From an uncultured bacterium (GTDB taxonomy: Bacteria; Vulcanimicrobiota; Vulcanimicrobiia; Vulcanimicrobiales; Vulcanimicrobiaceae), in NCBI GenBank assembly GCA_964244215.1, contig CAXTIY010000002.1:1-32438 (forward strand): a DNA stretch of 32,438 bases, read 5' to 3'. The position numbers and the translations under genes are program-made. Positions 15,228-25,389 of this stretch are shown here, piece by piece. Position 1 is the stretch's first letter. The number at the start of each line of letters is the position of its first letter. The notes beneath the pieces were generated by a model that saw only the letters and a program-made list of their open reading frames with translations, was not told where the DNA came from and made no database searches.

Positions 15228-16721
15228 TTGCCGCGTAAGGCGTCGTTGCGTGCGGCTTTCGTGCGCTGTGCGTTTGTCGCGCTCTGCATGCTCGCGCCCG
15301 CGTCTTCGGCGCTCGGCGCGGCGCCCGCGACGGCCGTTCGCCCGTCGGATGCGGGCGATGCCTGGAGCTCGAGCGAGGTTGCGACGTTGCGTCGCGATCT
15401 CGATGCGATGCTCGCGAGCGATCCGGCGGTGCGCGGCGCGCACGTCGGCGTGGCCGCACTGATTACGAAGTCGGGAGCGCCGCTCTACGAACATAATGCG
15501 ACCGACGAATTTCAACCGGCGAGTACGCTCAAGCTGCTCGTGGGAAGCGTCGCGCTCGATGATCTCGGGACCGCCTACCGATTTCGAACAGTGCTCGAGC
15601 AGAGCGGAGATCGCCTCATCTTGCGGCCGGGTGGCGACCCGCTTTTGCGTTCGAGCGATCTCGAAGCGGCAGCGGATGCGGTGCTCGCCGCGGGAATGTT
15701 GCGCGTGGGCGCAGTTGCCGTCGATGCGTCGCATTTCGAGGGACCGCCCTATCCGAACGGCTGGGTATGGGACGACTTTTCATACGATTACGCCGCACGC
15801 GTGTCGGCCGCGGCGGTTAACGAAAACGTCACGACCTATTCCGCGTTGCCCGGTGCGAGAATCGGCGATCCGATTCGCCTTGCTGCGGGGCGAGCGTTCC
15901 TCGAGCCGCAGACTGCGTGCCCGGGTCTCGTCAATCGCGCCGTTACGGCGCCTGCGAGCGAAGCGTCCAGGCTCGATACGTTGACGCTTGCGCCCGATTG
16001 TACGGCGATCACCGGTCTTTTGCCCGCGAACTCGTCGTCCGCGTTCGTCGACGTTGCGGTCGGCGATCCGGTCGAAAATTTGCGGAGCGTTTTTACAGAT
16101 CGGCTAATCGGCCCGACGCATCGCTTCGCTATCGGTGAAGACGGGTCGCAGTCGAAGCCGGCCGTAGCCGGCCGGACCATCTGGCAACACGATTCGGATC
16201 CACTCGGCGCGTGGCTCGGGCCGTCGTTTTGGATTCCCTCGGATAACTTCGTTGCGGAGCAGCTTTTGTGCGAAGTCGGTTTCGCAGATCATGGCGGAGC
16301 GGGCTCGACGGAGCGCGGTCTGGACGCCGAACGAACGTGGTTACGTGCGAACGGCATCGATCCGGCGACAACGACGCTCGCCGACGGAAGTGGCCTCTCG
16401 CAATACGATCGGATAACACCACGCGACCTCGTCGCGATTCTGCAACACGACTGGATCGGCCAGAATCGCAATCTCGTTCTCGATTCGCTACCGATCGGGG
16501 GCGTGCGCGGCACGATCGAAGGTATAGCGGGTACGGCCGCCGCGGGACGCGTGTTTGCGAAGACGGGGAGCATGTCGCACGTCCGTGGGCTCGCGGGCTA
16601 TCTTTCGACGCTACGCCATGGCGCCGTGACGTTCGCCTTTAGCGTCGACGATTGGAACGGCGATTACGGGCAGCTAGCGGCGTTGCGCGCGAGAGTGCTC
16701 GCTCGGCTTATCTCGGATTGA
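15228..16721 (+). CDS. dacB: D-alanyl-D-alanine carboxypeptidase/endopeptidase (PBP4, peptidase S13)
   Basis: 497 aa with an alanine-rich signal peptide. SxxK (PASTLKLL) and KTG (FAKTGSMSHVRGLAGYL) motifs. TTG start is assumed. Confidence 0.8.
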   Translation: MPRKASLRAAFVRCAFVALCMLAPASSALGAAPATAVRPSDAGDAWSSSEVATLRRDLDAMLASDPAVRGAHVGVAALITKSGAPLYEHNATDEFQPASTLKLLVGSVALDDLGTAYRFRTVLEQSGDRLILRPGGDPLLRSSDLEAAADAVLAAGMLRVGAVAVDASHFEGPPYPNGWVWDDFSYDYAARVSAAAVNENVTTYSALPGARIGDPIRLAAGRAFLEPQTACPGLVNRAVTAPASEASRLDTLTLAPDCTAITGLLPANSSSAFVDVAVGDPVENLRSVFTDRLIGPTHRFAIGEDGSQSKPAVAGRTIWQHDSDPLGAWLGPSFWIPSDNFVAEQLLCEVGFADHGGAGSTERGLDAERTWLRANGIDPATTTLADGSGLSQYDRITPRDLVAILQHDWIGQNRNLVLDSLPIGGVRGTIEGIAGTAAAGRVFAKTGSMSHVRGLAGYLSTLRHGAVTFAFSVDDWNGDYGQLAALRARVLARLISD

Positions 16722-16724
16722 GTA

Positions 16725-17435
16725 TTAGCATTCCACAGAATCGACTATGCCGCTCACCTTTCTCGATTGCATGATAATGCCGAAGGTACGTGTGCAACTC
16801 TGCGCCTTGTTCGGTACCGGGCCGACGTAATAGTAGACTCCGTCGCCGAGGTCTTTAAAAAACCATGATGGTTTACCCAAGACGTGCTTGCGAGCGACGC
16901 TCGGCGCGGAAGTCCCGATCTGCGCGATAGCGTACGGTTCGCCGAATCGCGCGAGCACTTCGTCCGCGGGCGAACCGATGCCGATTCCGGCGATGGTCAT
17001 CAGGGGCAGATGCCGCGCCGGTATGGACCTCGGAAGGGTGGAGGAATAACGCATCACCGAAAGCGTTATGCCGCCGCTACCTTTCGGATTTTGCATCGTT
17101 ATGACGATGCGTTGGGTGGTATCGGCCAACACCGCCGCATCGATCACGTTACTCGGACCGCCATGGAAGTGCCCGACGCTGGTTCCATAGATGCGCGCGG
17201 CGCGATCGATCCGCTCCTCTTCCGCTTCGGACGGAACGGCGTTCGTATTGCTGACGCCGAAGCCATGATAGAGCAGAGGCTCGTGATGCAGCGAGAAGAG
17301 GGAGACCGAGCCGTAGGCATGGGCGATTAGGAAGCGAACGTTCATTCGCTCGTCGTCTCCTCGCGCGCTTTTGGCCGCAGTAAGCAAGACGATGCCGCTG
17401 AAAACGCAGGCAACCGCGCGCCCGACACAACTCAC
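16725..17435 (-). CDS. hypothetical protein (possibly secreted), low-GC orphan
   Basis: 236-aa ORF with no recognisable family. The start is ambiguous. GTG 17435 gives a signal-peptide-like N-terminus but has no SD. ATG 17345 is preceded by GAGGAGA about 10 nt upstream. Two hand-counted lines give ~50% GC. Confidence 0.5.
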   Translation of the reverse strand: MSCVGRAVACVFSGIVLLTAAKSARGDDERMNVRFLIAHAYGSVSLFSLHHEPLLYHGFGVSNTNAVPSEAEEERIDRAARIYGTSVGHFHGGPSNVIDAAVLADTTQRIVITMQNPKGSGGITLSVMRYSSTLPRSIPARHLPLMTIAGIGIGSPADEVLARFGEPYAIAQIGTSAPSVARKHVLGKPSWFFKDLGDGVYYYVGPVPNKAQSCTRTFGIIMQSRKVSGIVDSVEC

Positions 17436-17470
17436 GGTTTACGAAAGGGCGGTCGTATACGCCGCATCGC

Positions 17471-18466
17471 TTAGCCGTTCGGCAAAATCACGGCGCGAAA
17501 TCGCACTTTCCCGTTTGCGACTTTGTCGTACGCGTTCGAAATGTCGTCGAGCGAGAACGTCTCGGTGACGACCTTCACTTTCTTTTCCGCGACCCACGCG
17601 AGCGCTTCGAAGAGATCGCGCCGGCCGTTCTGCGACGACATGATAACCCGCGCTCGCTTATTGAGGAGCGCCGCAGGGGTGAACGAAAATTTATCCGCGC
17701 CGTCGACGCCCATGACGATGATCCGGCCGTCGGGCTGTAACGCGTCGAGCGCATCCGACATGGCGGAATTCGAATTGCTCGTCGCGAGTACGACGTCGGC
17801 ACCACCCGACTTCGCGAGTTCCTTACCGTCTTTGACGACCTCGTCTGCGCCGAGTTCTTTTGCGAGGTCGACTTTATCGGGCGAACTGGTCACGGCCGTG
17901 GTATGAAAGCCCGCGGCGTGTGCGTACTGCAGTGCGAGATGTCCGAGGCCGCCGATTCCGACGATCGCGACGCGTTCGTGGGGCTGTGGTTCCGCTATGC
18001 GTAAGCCGCTGTACACGGTATAACCGGCGCAGAAAATCGGCGCGGCTTGTTCGTACGAGATACCGTCCGGTAAAAGCATCGTCGCGTCCGCAAACGCGAG
18101 CAAATATTCCGCATGGCCACCGGGCATGCCGATCGCAGCTTGCACCGACTCCGCGCAATTATGCGGCAGCCCGCGCAGGCACCATTCGCAGCGTCCGCAT
18201 GAGGATTGAATCCACGGCACGCCGACGCGGTCGCCCGTCTTGCGCGACAGCACGCCCGGACCGACGGAAACGATTTCGCCGACCGGCTCGTGCCCCAGAC
18301 GCATCGGATACGGCATTCCGAAATGTCCGAGCGCCTGATGCACGTCCGTGTAGCATTGGCCGCTCGCGTGTATTTTGATGACGACTTGGTTCGGTCCGGG
18401 CTCCGGCATCGGAACGTCCTGGAGTTCCCACGGCTTATCGGCTGAGGTAACGACTGCGGCTTTCAC
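17471..18466 (-). CDS. zinc-dependent alcohol dehydrogenase (medium-chain dehydrogenase/reductase)
   Basis: 331 aa with a GTG start. Catalytic-zinc region CYTDVH...GHEPVGEIVSVG, structural-zinc cysteines CGRCEWCLRGLPHNC, and NAD-binding VAIVGIGGLGH. Confidence 0.9.
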   Translation of the reverse strand: MKAAVVTSADKPWELQDVPMPEPGPNQVVIKIHASGQCYTDVHQALGHFGMPYPMRLGHEPVGEIVSVGPGVLSRKTGDRVGVPWIQSSCGRCEWCLRGLPHNCAESVQAAIGMPGGHAEYLLAFADATMLLPDGISYEQAAPIFCAGYTVYSGLRIAEPQPHERVAIVGIGGLGHLALQYAHAAGFHTTAVTSSPDKVDLAKELGADEVVKDGKELAKSGGADVVLATSNSNSAMSDALDALQPDGRIIVMGVDGADKFSFTPAALLNKRARVIMSSQNGRRDLFEALAWVAEKKVKVVTETFSLDDISNAYDKVANGKVRFRAVILPNG

Positions 18467-18519
18467 GCTTATCTCGACGCGCGAGGACAGGAGGAAGTTT
18501 CGTCTCGCGTAAGCGCGTC

Positions 18520-20118
18520 GTGGTGTCCCGCGGCTCGCAACGCTCCGATACGATTACGCGACGCGTCGCGGTGTTCGCGCTCGCATGCTCGATCGCACTC
18601 TGCGTCATCGTGGCCGTCATCTTTTGGAAGCGGACCGCGCCGTTAAAAAATGTCGCGGCGCCCCCGATCGCCGCGCTACCGCCGGGGACGCCGATCTTCG
18701 AACCGGTGGCCGCGGCAAACATGTCGCTCGATGCTTCGCCGCTCGGCATATCTCCGGACGGCTTCGCACGTTGGCTCGTTCGCGTGAAATTTTCGAGTGC
18801 CGACGGCACCCCGGTTCGCCTCGTGAGCGGCGGCGACATCGCCTTCGTGCCGACGCACGGCACCGCGCAATGGCAAACCCGGCTGCGCTACGGTGGCCCG
18901 GCCGCGATCGTTTCGACGACCGTCGATGGACCGCTCGGCATCATCGTCCGCGCGAACGCGCCAATACGATTGCCGACGCGGCGCGTCACGACGAATACGC
19001 GCTATTGGAACGAGCCTCGAATAACGGCCGCAGCTCTCGGCCCGCACGTCGCTCAGCTCGGCTGGTTTCCGGCGGCGCTCGGAACCGTGCGAATAACGTC
19101 GATCGATCCGAACGGCGTCCGGCGAAGCGCGGCGTTGCTACCGCCGTCATCGACGTTTCGCGATGGGTCGGTCGAGCCGGGTGCGGTGTCGCGATACGAG
19201 TTAACCTTACCGGGTCGCGCGCCGCTGCACTTCGCGCTTCGCATCCCGCCCGAGCCCGCGCATGCGTCGCTCGGCGCGCTCGCAGGCAAGGCGATGTGGC
19301 TCTCGTTTTCGCCGTCGCTGCGTGATGCCGATAGCTACGATGAACTCGACGCCCGGGCCATCATCGCGCGCGCGACGACTGCCGGCGTTCGCGCGATCGA
19401 ACTGCGCACCGCGTACGGGCCGTTCTCCGAAATTACGCCGGAGGCGCAGCCGAAGGTCGACGCACTTATCGATGCCGCAGCCGCTCGAGGTATCGCGATC
19501 GTCGCATGGACCGTTCCGCGCGGTAGCGATTACGACGATCTCGCACGTTCCGTCGCCGCGGCGTACTACCGAACGGCGCGCGGCAACGGTATCGCCGCGC
19601 TCGCGATCGACCTCGAGCGGGGAAGCGATTTTCTCGGCGATGGTCCTACGGGCTTCGAAGCGATTGCGGCATACGCGTTGCGGCTGCGTGAGGCGCTCGG
19701 CGCAGGTTATCCGCTCGTCGCGACGGTGGAAGATCCGTATCTCGGGCACTTGAGCGGCAGCGACTATCCGTATGCGGCAGTTGCGGCGCGAGTCGACGTA
19801 CTGCAGCCGATGACGTATTGGCGCATGATGTCGGCGCGAGCGCAAACGCCGGAAGCCGTGCGGCAAATCGTCCGGGCTTCGTACGCGGCGACGCTACGCG
19901 CTGCCGGCAAACCGATCGCGATCGATATCGGCGGTCAGACGTCGGGCGAGGGTCCGCGCGGCGCGCCGCCCCCGGGCGAAATCGCCGCAGCTATTTTGGC
20001 GGCCCGACAAGCGGGCGCGTTCGGCATAACGTTCTTCGATTGGAACGCGACGAGCGACGCACAGTGGGATGCCCTCGAGCGCACGCCATGGGGCGAAGCC
20101 GGGTCGGCCTTGCGATGA
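18520..20118 (+). CDS. membrane-anchored hypothetical protein with a C-terminal glycoside-hydrolase-like TIM-barrel domain
   Basis: 532 aa. It has a single N-terminal TM helix (VAVFALACSIALCVIVAVIFW), a central beta-rich region, and a C-terminal ~270 aa with alternating beta/alpha signature (GVRAIELRT, GIAIVAWTVP, IAALAIDLE, PLVATVEDP, VDVLQPMTYW, GITFFDW). The family assignment is tentative. Confidence 0.45.
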   Translation: MVSRGSQRSDTITRRVAVFALACSIALCVIVAVIFWKRTAPLKNVAAPPIAALPPGTPIFEPVAAANMSLDASPLGISPDGFARWLVRVKFSSADGTPVRLVSGGDIAFVPTHGTAQWQTRLRYGGPAAIVSTTVDGPLGIIVRANAPIRLPTRRVTTNTRYWNEPRITAAALGPHVAQLGWFPAALGTVRITSIDPNGVRRSAALLPPSSTFRDGSVEPGAVSRYELTLPGRAPLHFALRIPPEPAHASLGALAGKAMWLSFSPSLRDADSYDELDARAIIARATTAGVRAIELRTAYGPFSEITPEAQPKVDALIDAAAARGIAIVAWTVPRGSDYDDLARSVAAAYYRTARGNGIAALAIDLERGSDFLGDGPTGFEAIAAYALRLREALGAGYPLVATVEDPYLGHLSGSDYPYAAVAARVDVLQPMTYWRMMSARAQTPEAVRQIVRASYAATLRAAGKPIAIDIGGQTSGEGPRGAPPPGEIAAAILAARQAGAFGITFFDWNATSDAQWDALERTPWGEAGSALR

Positions 20119-20308
20119 CGGGCGTTATAACGTCGCTACGATTCGCTCAGCCGCCTCGATGCCGCTCCGTCGGCCGCTGCCGCACCTTCGGATCCGTGCA
20201 ACGTTTTCTCGACGACGATTGCGTGGCGGTCCGAGACGCCGATGGATTCGAGCCATAATTCGATGTAGCTGCGACCGCCGCAGAAGAACTCGGTACGCGT
20301 AGCCGTAA

Positions 20309-21295
<987 letters not shown>

Positions 21296-21297
21296 CG

Positions 21298-22233
21298 ATG
21301 CGCGCGCTCGTGACCGGCGGAAACGGTTTCGTCGGCCGCTATCTCGCAGCCGAACTGCGCTCGCGCGGTATCGAGACGCTAACGGCAGCCCGTTACGACG
21401 AGGGCACCGATCTCGATCTGCCGCTCGATCTCGGCGATCTCGAAAACGTTCGTGGCATCGTCGAACTGGCGAGCGTCGATGTGATATTTCACCTTGCGGC
21501 ACAGGCGTTCATACCGCAAGCCACGGGCGCGCCGCTCGAAACCTACGATACGAACGTCATGGGCACGGCGCGACTCATCGAAGCGATTCGCGGACTGCCG
21601 GTGGAGCACCGGCCGCGCCTCGTGTACGTTAGTTCGGGCGAAGTTTACGGGAGCCGAGATGCCGCCGATTTGCCGCTACGTGAAACGCTCGCTCCCGAGC
21701 CCGCAACGCCCTACGCCGCAAGCAAAGCCGCTGCCGAAGCGATCGTACTCGCTTCGGTGCGGACCTACGGGCTGCGCGCGTTCGTCACGAGAGCGTTCAA
21801 CCATATCGGCCCGGGCCAGAGCGAACTTTATGCGGTGGCCGCATTTGCGAAGCGGCTGGCCGCGATCGCGGCCGGGGGCGCCGCGCGCTTCCCCGTCGGC
21901 AATCTAAGTGCGCGGCGAGATTTTCTCGACGTTCGCGACGTCGTACGCGCGTATGCCGACCTTGCCGAGCATGGTGTCGACGGCGAAATTTATAACGTTT
22001 GCAGCGGCGTAGCGCGGAAGATGGAAGACGTTTTGCGCACGCTCGTGAGCATCGCCCGAGTCGGAGTCGAAATACGTGAAGATCCCACGCTCGTGCGGCC
22101 CGTCGACGTGCCGCTGATCTACGGCGATAATACGAAATTGAAGACGCTCACCGGGTGGCAGCCCTCGTTCGCATTCGCACGTTCGTTGCGCGACGTTTAC
22201 GAATCCGCGCTCGATGCTTCGGCGCGCGTATGA
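21298..22233 (+). CDS. rmd: GDP-4-dehydro-6-deoxy-D-mannose reductase (Rmd-like SDR); GDP-D-rhamnose branch is likely
   Basis: ATG 21298 lies 2 nt after the gmd stop. 311 aa. VTGGNGFVGRYL, HLAAQAF, SSGEVYG, YAASKAAAE (YxxxK), RAFNHIGPGQ and RDFLDVRDVVRAY closely follow the Rmd pattern rather than Fcl. Confidence 0.7.
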   Translation: MRALVTGGNGFVGRYLAAELRSRGIETLTAARYDEGTDLDLPLDLGDLENVRGIVELASVDVIFHLAAQAFIPQATGAPLETYDTNVMGTARLIEAIRGLPVEHRPRLVYVSSGEVYGSRDAADLPLRETLAPEPATPYAASKAAAEAIVLASVRTYGLRAFVTRAFNHIGPGQSELYAVAAFAKRLAAIAAGGAARFPVGNLSARRDFLDVRDVVRAYADLAEHGVDGEIYNVCSGVARKMEDVLRTLVSIARVGVEIREDPTLVRPVDVPLIYGDNTKLKTLTGWQPSFAFARSLRDVYESALDASARV

Positions 22234-23453
22234 ACGCCGTCTATTTCGAGATGATCGGCGGGGCGAGCGGCAATATGCTGCTCGGCGCATTGATCGATGC
22301 GGGCGCGAGCCGCGGAGCGATCGAGGCGGCGCTGCGCACGATTCCGGTAACGGGTTGGACGAGCGAAATGCGCCGCGTCGATAAACGCGGCATTGCTGCG
22401 ACCTATTTCGATTTCGTAATACCGGGTGAGGATCACCACCCGCACGACCACGGCAAACCGGGCGCGCCACGTCACGGACGCCATCTCTCCGAAGTTCTCG
22501 AACTCATCGAACGTAGCGGGCTTGAAGAGGCGCAGAAAACGCGAGCGCGCACGATCTACCTGCGGCTCGGTGAAGCTGAAGCGAAAGTGCACGGCACGAC
22601 GGTCGAGCGCATTCACTTTCACGAAGTCGGCGCGACGGACGCGATCCTCGACGTCGCAGGCACCTGCGTCGCGCTCGATCTGCTCGGCGTCCGGAACGCG
22701 TATTGTTCGGCGTATCCGATCGGACGCGGTTCGATCGCAATGGACCACGGCCGCTATCCGAATCCACCGCCGGCCACGGCCGAACTGCTGCTCGGCGCGC
22801 CGACGTACGACGCCGGCATCGAAGGCGAGATGGTGACGACCACGGGCGCGGCGATATTGTCGACGCTCGTCGCGAACCCGGGAGAACGCCCGCCGATGCG
22901 TACCGAGCGCATCGGCTACGGTGCGGGCCGCTCCGACTTCGCGATACCGAACCTTTTGCGAGCCTCCCTCGGCACGCTCGCCGCAGGCGGCCCTGCTTCG
23001 GCCGCAGGCGGCCTCGGTTCGGACGAAGTCGTGGTGTTGGAAGCGAACGTAGACGACATGTCGCCGCAGCGTTTCGAACTCGCGCTCGAACGAGCCCTCG
23101 CCGCCGGCGCCTACGACGTCTGGCTCGCGCCCGTGACGATGAAGAAATCGCGGCCGGCGATTCTGTTCGGTGCGATCGCGCCGCTGGATTGCGAAGCCGC
23201 CGTCGCCCGCGCGATGCTGGCGGAGACGACGACGCTCGGCGTGCGCGTCCGCCGCGAACGCCGCTATACGCTCGCCCGTGAGACGGCCTCGCACGAAACG
23301 CCGTTCGGTCCGGTTCGCGTGAAGACGGCCATGTTCGACGGACAAGCGCGCCGGACGCTCGAATACGATGACGTTGCGCGGATCGCGCGCGAACGGCAAC
23401 GGTCGTTCGCCGAAATCGCCTTACGTATCGAGGAGTCCTTGCCGCCCCTATGA
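22230..23453 (+). CDS. larC: LarC-family nickel insertion protein (nickel-pincer cofactor biosynthesis, DUF111)
   Basis: ATG 22230 overlaps the rmd TGA (ATGA). 407 aa. YFEMIGGASGNMLLGALIDAG N-terminus, His-rich HHPHDHG, FHEVGATDAILDVAG, and the C-terminal ETTTLGVRV...VKT region. Confidence 0.8.
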   Translation: MNAVYFEMIGGASGNMLLGALIDAGASRGAIEAALRTIPVTGWTSEMRRVDKRGIAATYFDFVIPGEDHHPHDHGKPGAPRHGRHLSEVLELIERSGLEEAQKTRARTIYLRLGEAEAKVHGTTVERIHFHEVGATDAILDVAGTCVALDLLGVRNAYCSAYPIGRGSIAMDHGRYPNPPPATAELLLGAPTYDAGIEGEMVTTTGAAILSTLVANPGERPPMRTERIGYGAGRSDFAIPNLLRASLGTLAAGGPASAAGGLGSDEVVVLEANVDDMSPQRFELALERALAAGAYDVWLAPVTMKKSRPAILFGAIAPLDCEAAVARAMLAETTTLGVRVRRERRYTLARETASHETPFGPVRVKTAMFDGQARRTLEYDDVARIARERQRSFAEIALRIEESLPPL

Positions 23454-23662
23454 CATCCGGCCAAACCCAAGACGCCGAGGCTGCGCTGCAAGCCGCCGGT
23501 TTTCCGCAGATCCGCGTTGCGGGGCACGGGGACGTGGCCCGGCTCGCCGTGCCTGCGGCCGATTTCGAACGCTTCGGTGTGCCCGGCGTTCGGGAAGCGG
23601 TGGTCGCGGCGGTCCGCGCGGCGGGCTACCGGTTCGTCGCGCTCGATCTCGACGCCGAGTGA
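23450..23662 (+). CDS. 70-aa protein resembling only the C-terminal domain of LarE-type PP-loop sulfur transferases (stand-alone domain or gene remnant)
   Basis: ATGA overlap with the larC stop and GTGA overlap with the next gene. AAGFPQIRVAGHGDVARLAVP...VRAAGYRFVALDLD matches my recollection of the LarE/TIGR00268 C-terminus (GF.Q.RVR.HG..ARIEV...G..YVTLDL). The PP-loop SGGxDS and the catalytic Cys region are absent. Confidence 0.45.
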   Translation: MTSGQTQDAEAALQAAGFPQIRVAGHGDVARLAVPAADFERFGVPGVREAVVAAVRAAGYRFVALDLDAE

Positions 23663-24255
23663 GCGAACGCTCGTGGCGCGACTTCGTCTTTAAGAACCGC
23701 GGAACGCTGCTCGCACTTCCGGCGGTCGCGCTCGCCGTGTTCGGACGGCCGTCGCCTGCATCGGTTGCGGTCGGCGTCCCGGTCGCGCTCGCCGGAGAGG
23801 CCTTGCGTTGCTGGGCGGTCGGTTATTCCGGCGTCACGACGCGCGCCGATCACGTTATCGCACCACAACTCGTAACGGCCGGGCCGTACGCCCGCGTTCG
23901 CAATCCGCTTTACGTCGGCAATTTCATCACCGCTCTCGGCTTCACGCTCGGCTTTACCGGCCGGATGTCGAGCGCGCAGCGTGCGGGAATCGCGCTTGTG
24001 AGCCTCGGCACGATGGCCCTCGTTTACGCCGCGATCGTGCCGCTCGAAGAAGCGTATCTGCGCGAAACCTTCGGTGCCGCGTTCGACGAATACGTCGCTG
24101 CGGTGCCACGGCTCGTGCCGCTCGGCACGCCCGCCGGCTCGCAAGCGGGCGCTTACGATGCGAGCGTCATCGCGCGAGCGGAATCGTGCACGTTCGTAAC
24201 GTTCGGAATCATGCTCGCCGCCCTCGTTGCCAAAACGGTTGCGTCCGGACGCTGA
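23659..24255 (+). CDS. isoprenylcysteine carboxyl / phospholipid methyltransferase-family membrane protein (ICMT/PEMT-like)
   Basis: GTG 23659; 198 aa. Several TM helices and the family motif LVTAGPYARVRNPLYVGNF...EEAYLRETFGAAFDEY. Confidence 0.7.
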   Translation: MSERSWRDFVFKNRGTLLALPAVALAVFGRPSPASVAVGVPVALAGEALRCWAVGYSGVTTRADHVIAPQLVTAGPYARVRNPLYVGNFITALGFTLGFTGRMSSAQRAGIALVSLGTMALVYAAIVPLEEAYLRETFGAAFDEYVAAVPRLVPLGTPAGSQAGAYDASVIARAESCTFVTFGIMLAALVAKTVASGR

Positions 24256-25199
24256 TGGCTGCGGCCGGAGGTCACGTGCACGGCGGCGGGGGCCACGATC
24301 ACGCTCGCGGCGCCACGCCGGCACCGCTCGGCCTCGCACTTACCCTCACGCTATGCGTCGCCGTACTCGAACTCGTCGGCGGCCTCGTTTCCCACAGCCT
24401 CGCGCTGCTGACGGATTCGGCGCACGTCTTCATGGACGTCGTCGCACTCGGCATCTCGGTCGCGGCCGCGGCGCAGATGCGGCGACCCGCAAACGACCGG
24501 CAGACCTACGGCTTCGCTCGCTTCGAGACGATCGCGGCACTCGTAAACGGCATCTTGCTCTTCGGCATCACGGCCGTGATCGCGGTCGAAGCGGTCCGGC
24601 GTTTCGGAGCGCCGGAATTACCGCAGGGCGGGTCGATGGCGATCTTCGCCGGAATCGGCCTCGCCGTTAATCTCGCGATTGGACTGTTGCTCGCTCGCGG
24701 CGCGCACGGCGATCTCAATGTGAAAGCGGCACTTTTTCACGTCGGCGGCGATGCGCTCGGCGCATTTTCCGTCGCGGTTGGCGGGCTGCTCGTCGCGACG
24801 ACGCACGCGGCGTGGATCGATCCTGCGGTGTCGCTCTTCGTCGCGGCGATCATCGTGGTCGGCGTCGCCGGAATCGTACGCGAAGCGGCATCGGTCCTAC
24901 TCGAATCGGCGCCCGAGCAAGCCTCGATCCCCATCGTGCGCGAACGTCTGCGTGCGATCGTAGGCGTCGTCGACGTGCACGATCTTCACGTTTGGACGAT
25001 CGGCGGCGGCTCGCACGTACTCTCCGCGCACGTCCAACTCGAAGACAAACGGATTAGTGAGGCTTCGAGCATTTTGCGGGAGATCGAGCGGCGAGTAGGC
25101 GACGAGTTCGGTATCGATCACGCCACGATCCAGTTTGAGTGCGAGCGGTGTCAGCCGGACGAACGAATCGTTTGCACGCGGAGAGCATCGGGCAGTTAA
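24255..25199 (+). CDS. cation diffusion facilitator (CDF) divalent-metal efflux transporter (CzcD/ZitB-like)
   Basis: ATG 24255 overlaps the upstream TGA by 1 nt. 314 aa. His-rich N-terminus GGHVHGGGGHDH, SLALLTDSAHVFMDV, HVGGDALGA, and the C-terminal cytoplasmic domain VHDLHVW...LSAHV. Confidence 0.85.
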   Translation: MAAAGGHVHGGGGHDHARGATPAPLGLALTLTLCVAVLELVGGLVSHSLALLTDSAHVFMDVVALGISVAAAAQMRRPANDRQTYGFARFETIAALVNGILLFGITAVIAVEAVRRFGAPELPQGGSMAIFAGIGLAVNLAIGLLLARGAHGDLNVKAALFHVGGDALGAFSVAVGGLLVATTHAAWIDPAVSLFVAAIIVVGVAGIVREAASVLLESAPEQASIPIVRERLRAIVGVVDVHDLHVWTIGGGSHVLSAHVQLEDKRISEASSILREIERRVGDEFGIDHATIQFECERCQPDERIVCTRRASGS

Positions 25200-25389
25200 G
25201 GCGGCGGTGCCTGCGGGAGTCCAATTGGTTAACCGATTGTATAAAAGCGGGAGGTTGCCCTGGCCATCTGTAAAACCGGGTGCAAGAGGCGTTAAGAGCG
25301 CATTAACGTACCCTTAGCCGCAACCGCGATTAGGTAAGTCGCTGCAGGCCTTGTCATACGTACTCCGCTCTCTTTCTCTTGGGGACTTC

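Noticed and set aside
22197-23399. 400-aa ORF antisense to larC. Similar antisense ORFs occur at 5459-6412, 20336-21118, 26167-26892, 30073-30762 and 31440-32180.
   Set aside because: All are Arg-rich shadow frames opposite confidently identified genes, and none has a recognisable domain or SD.
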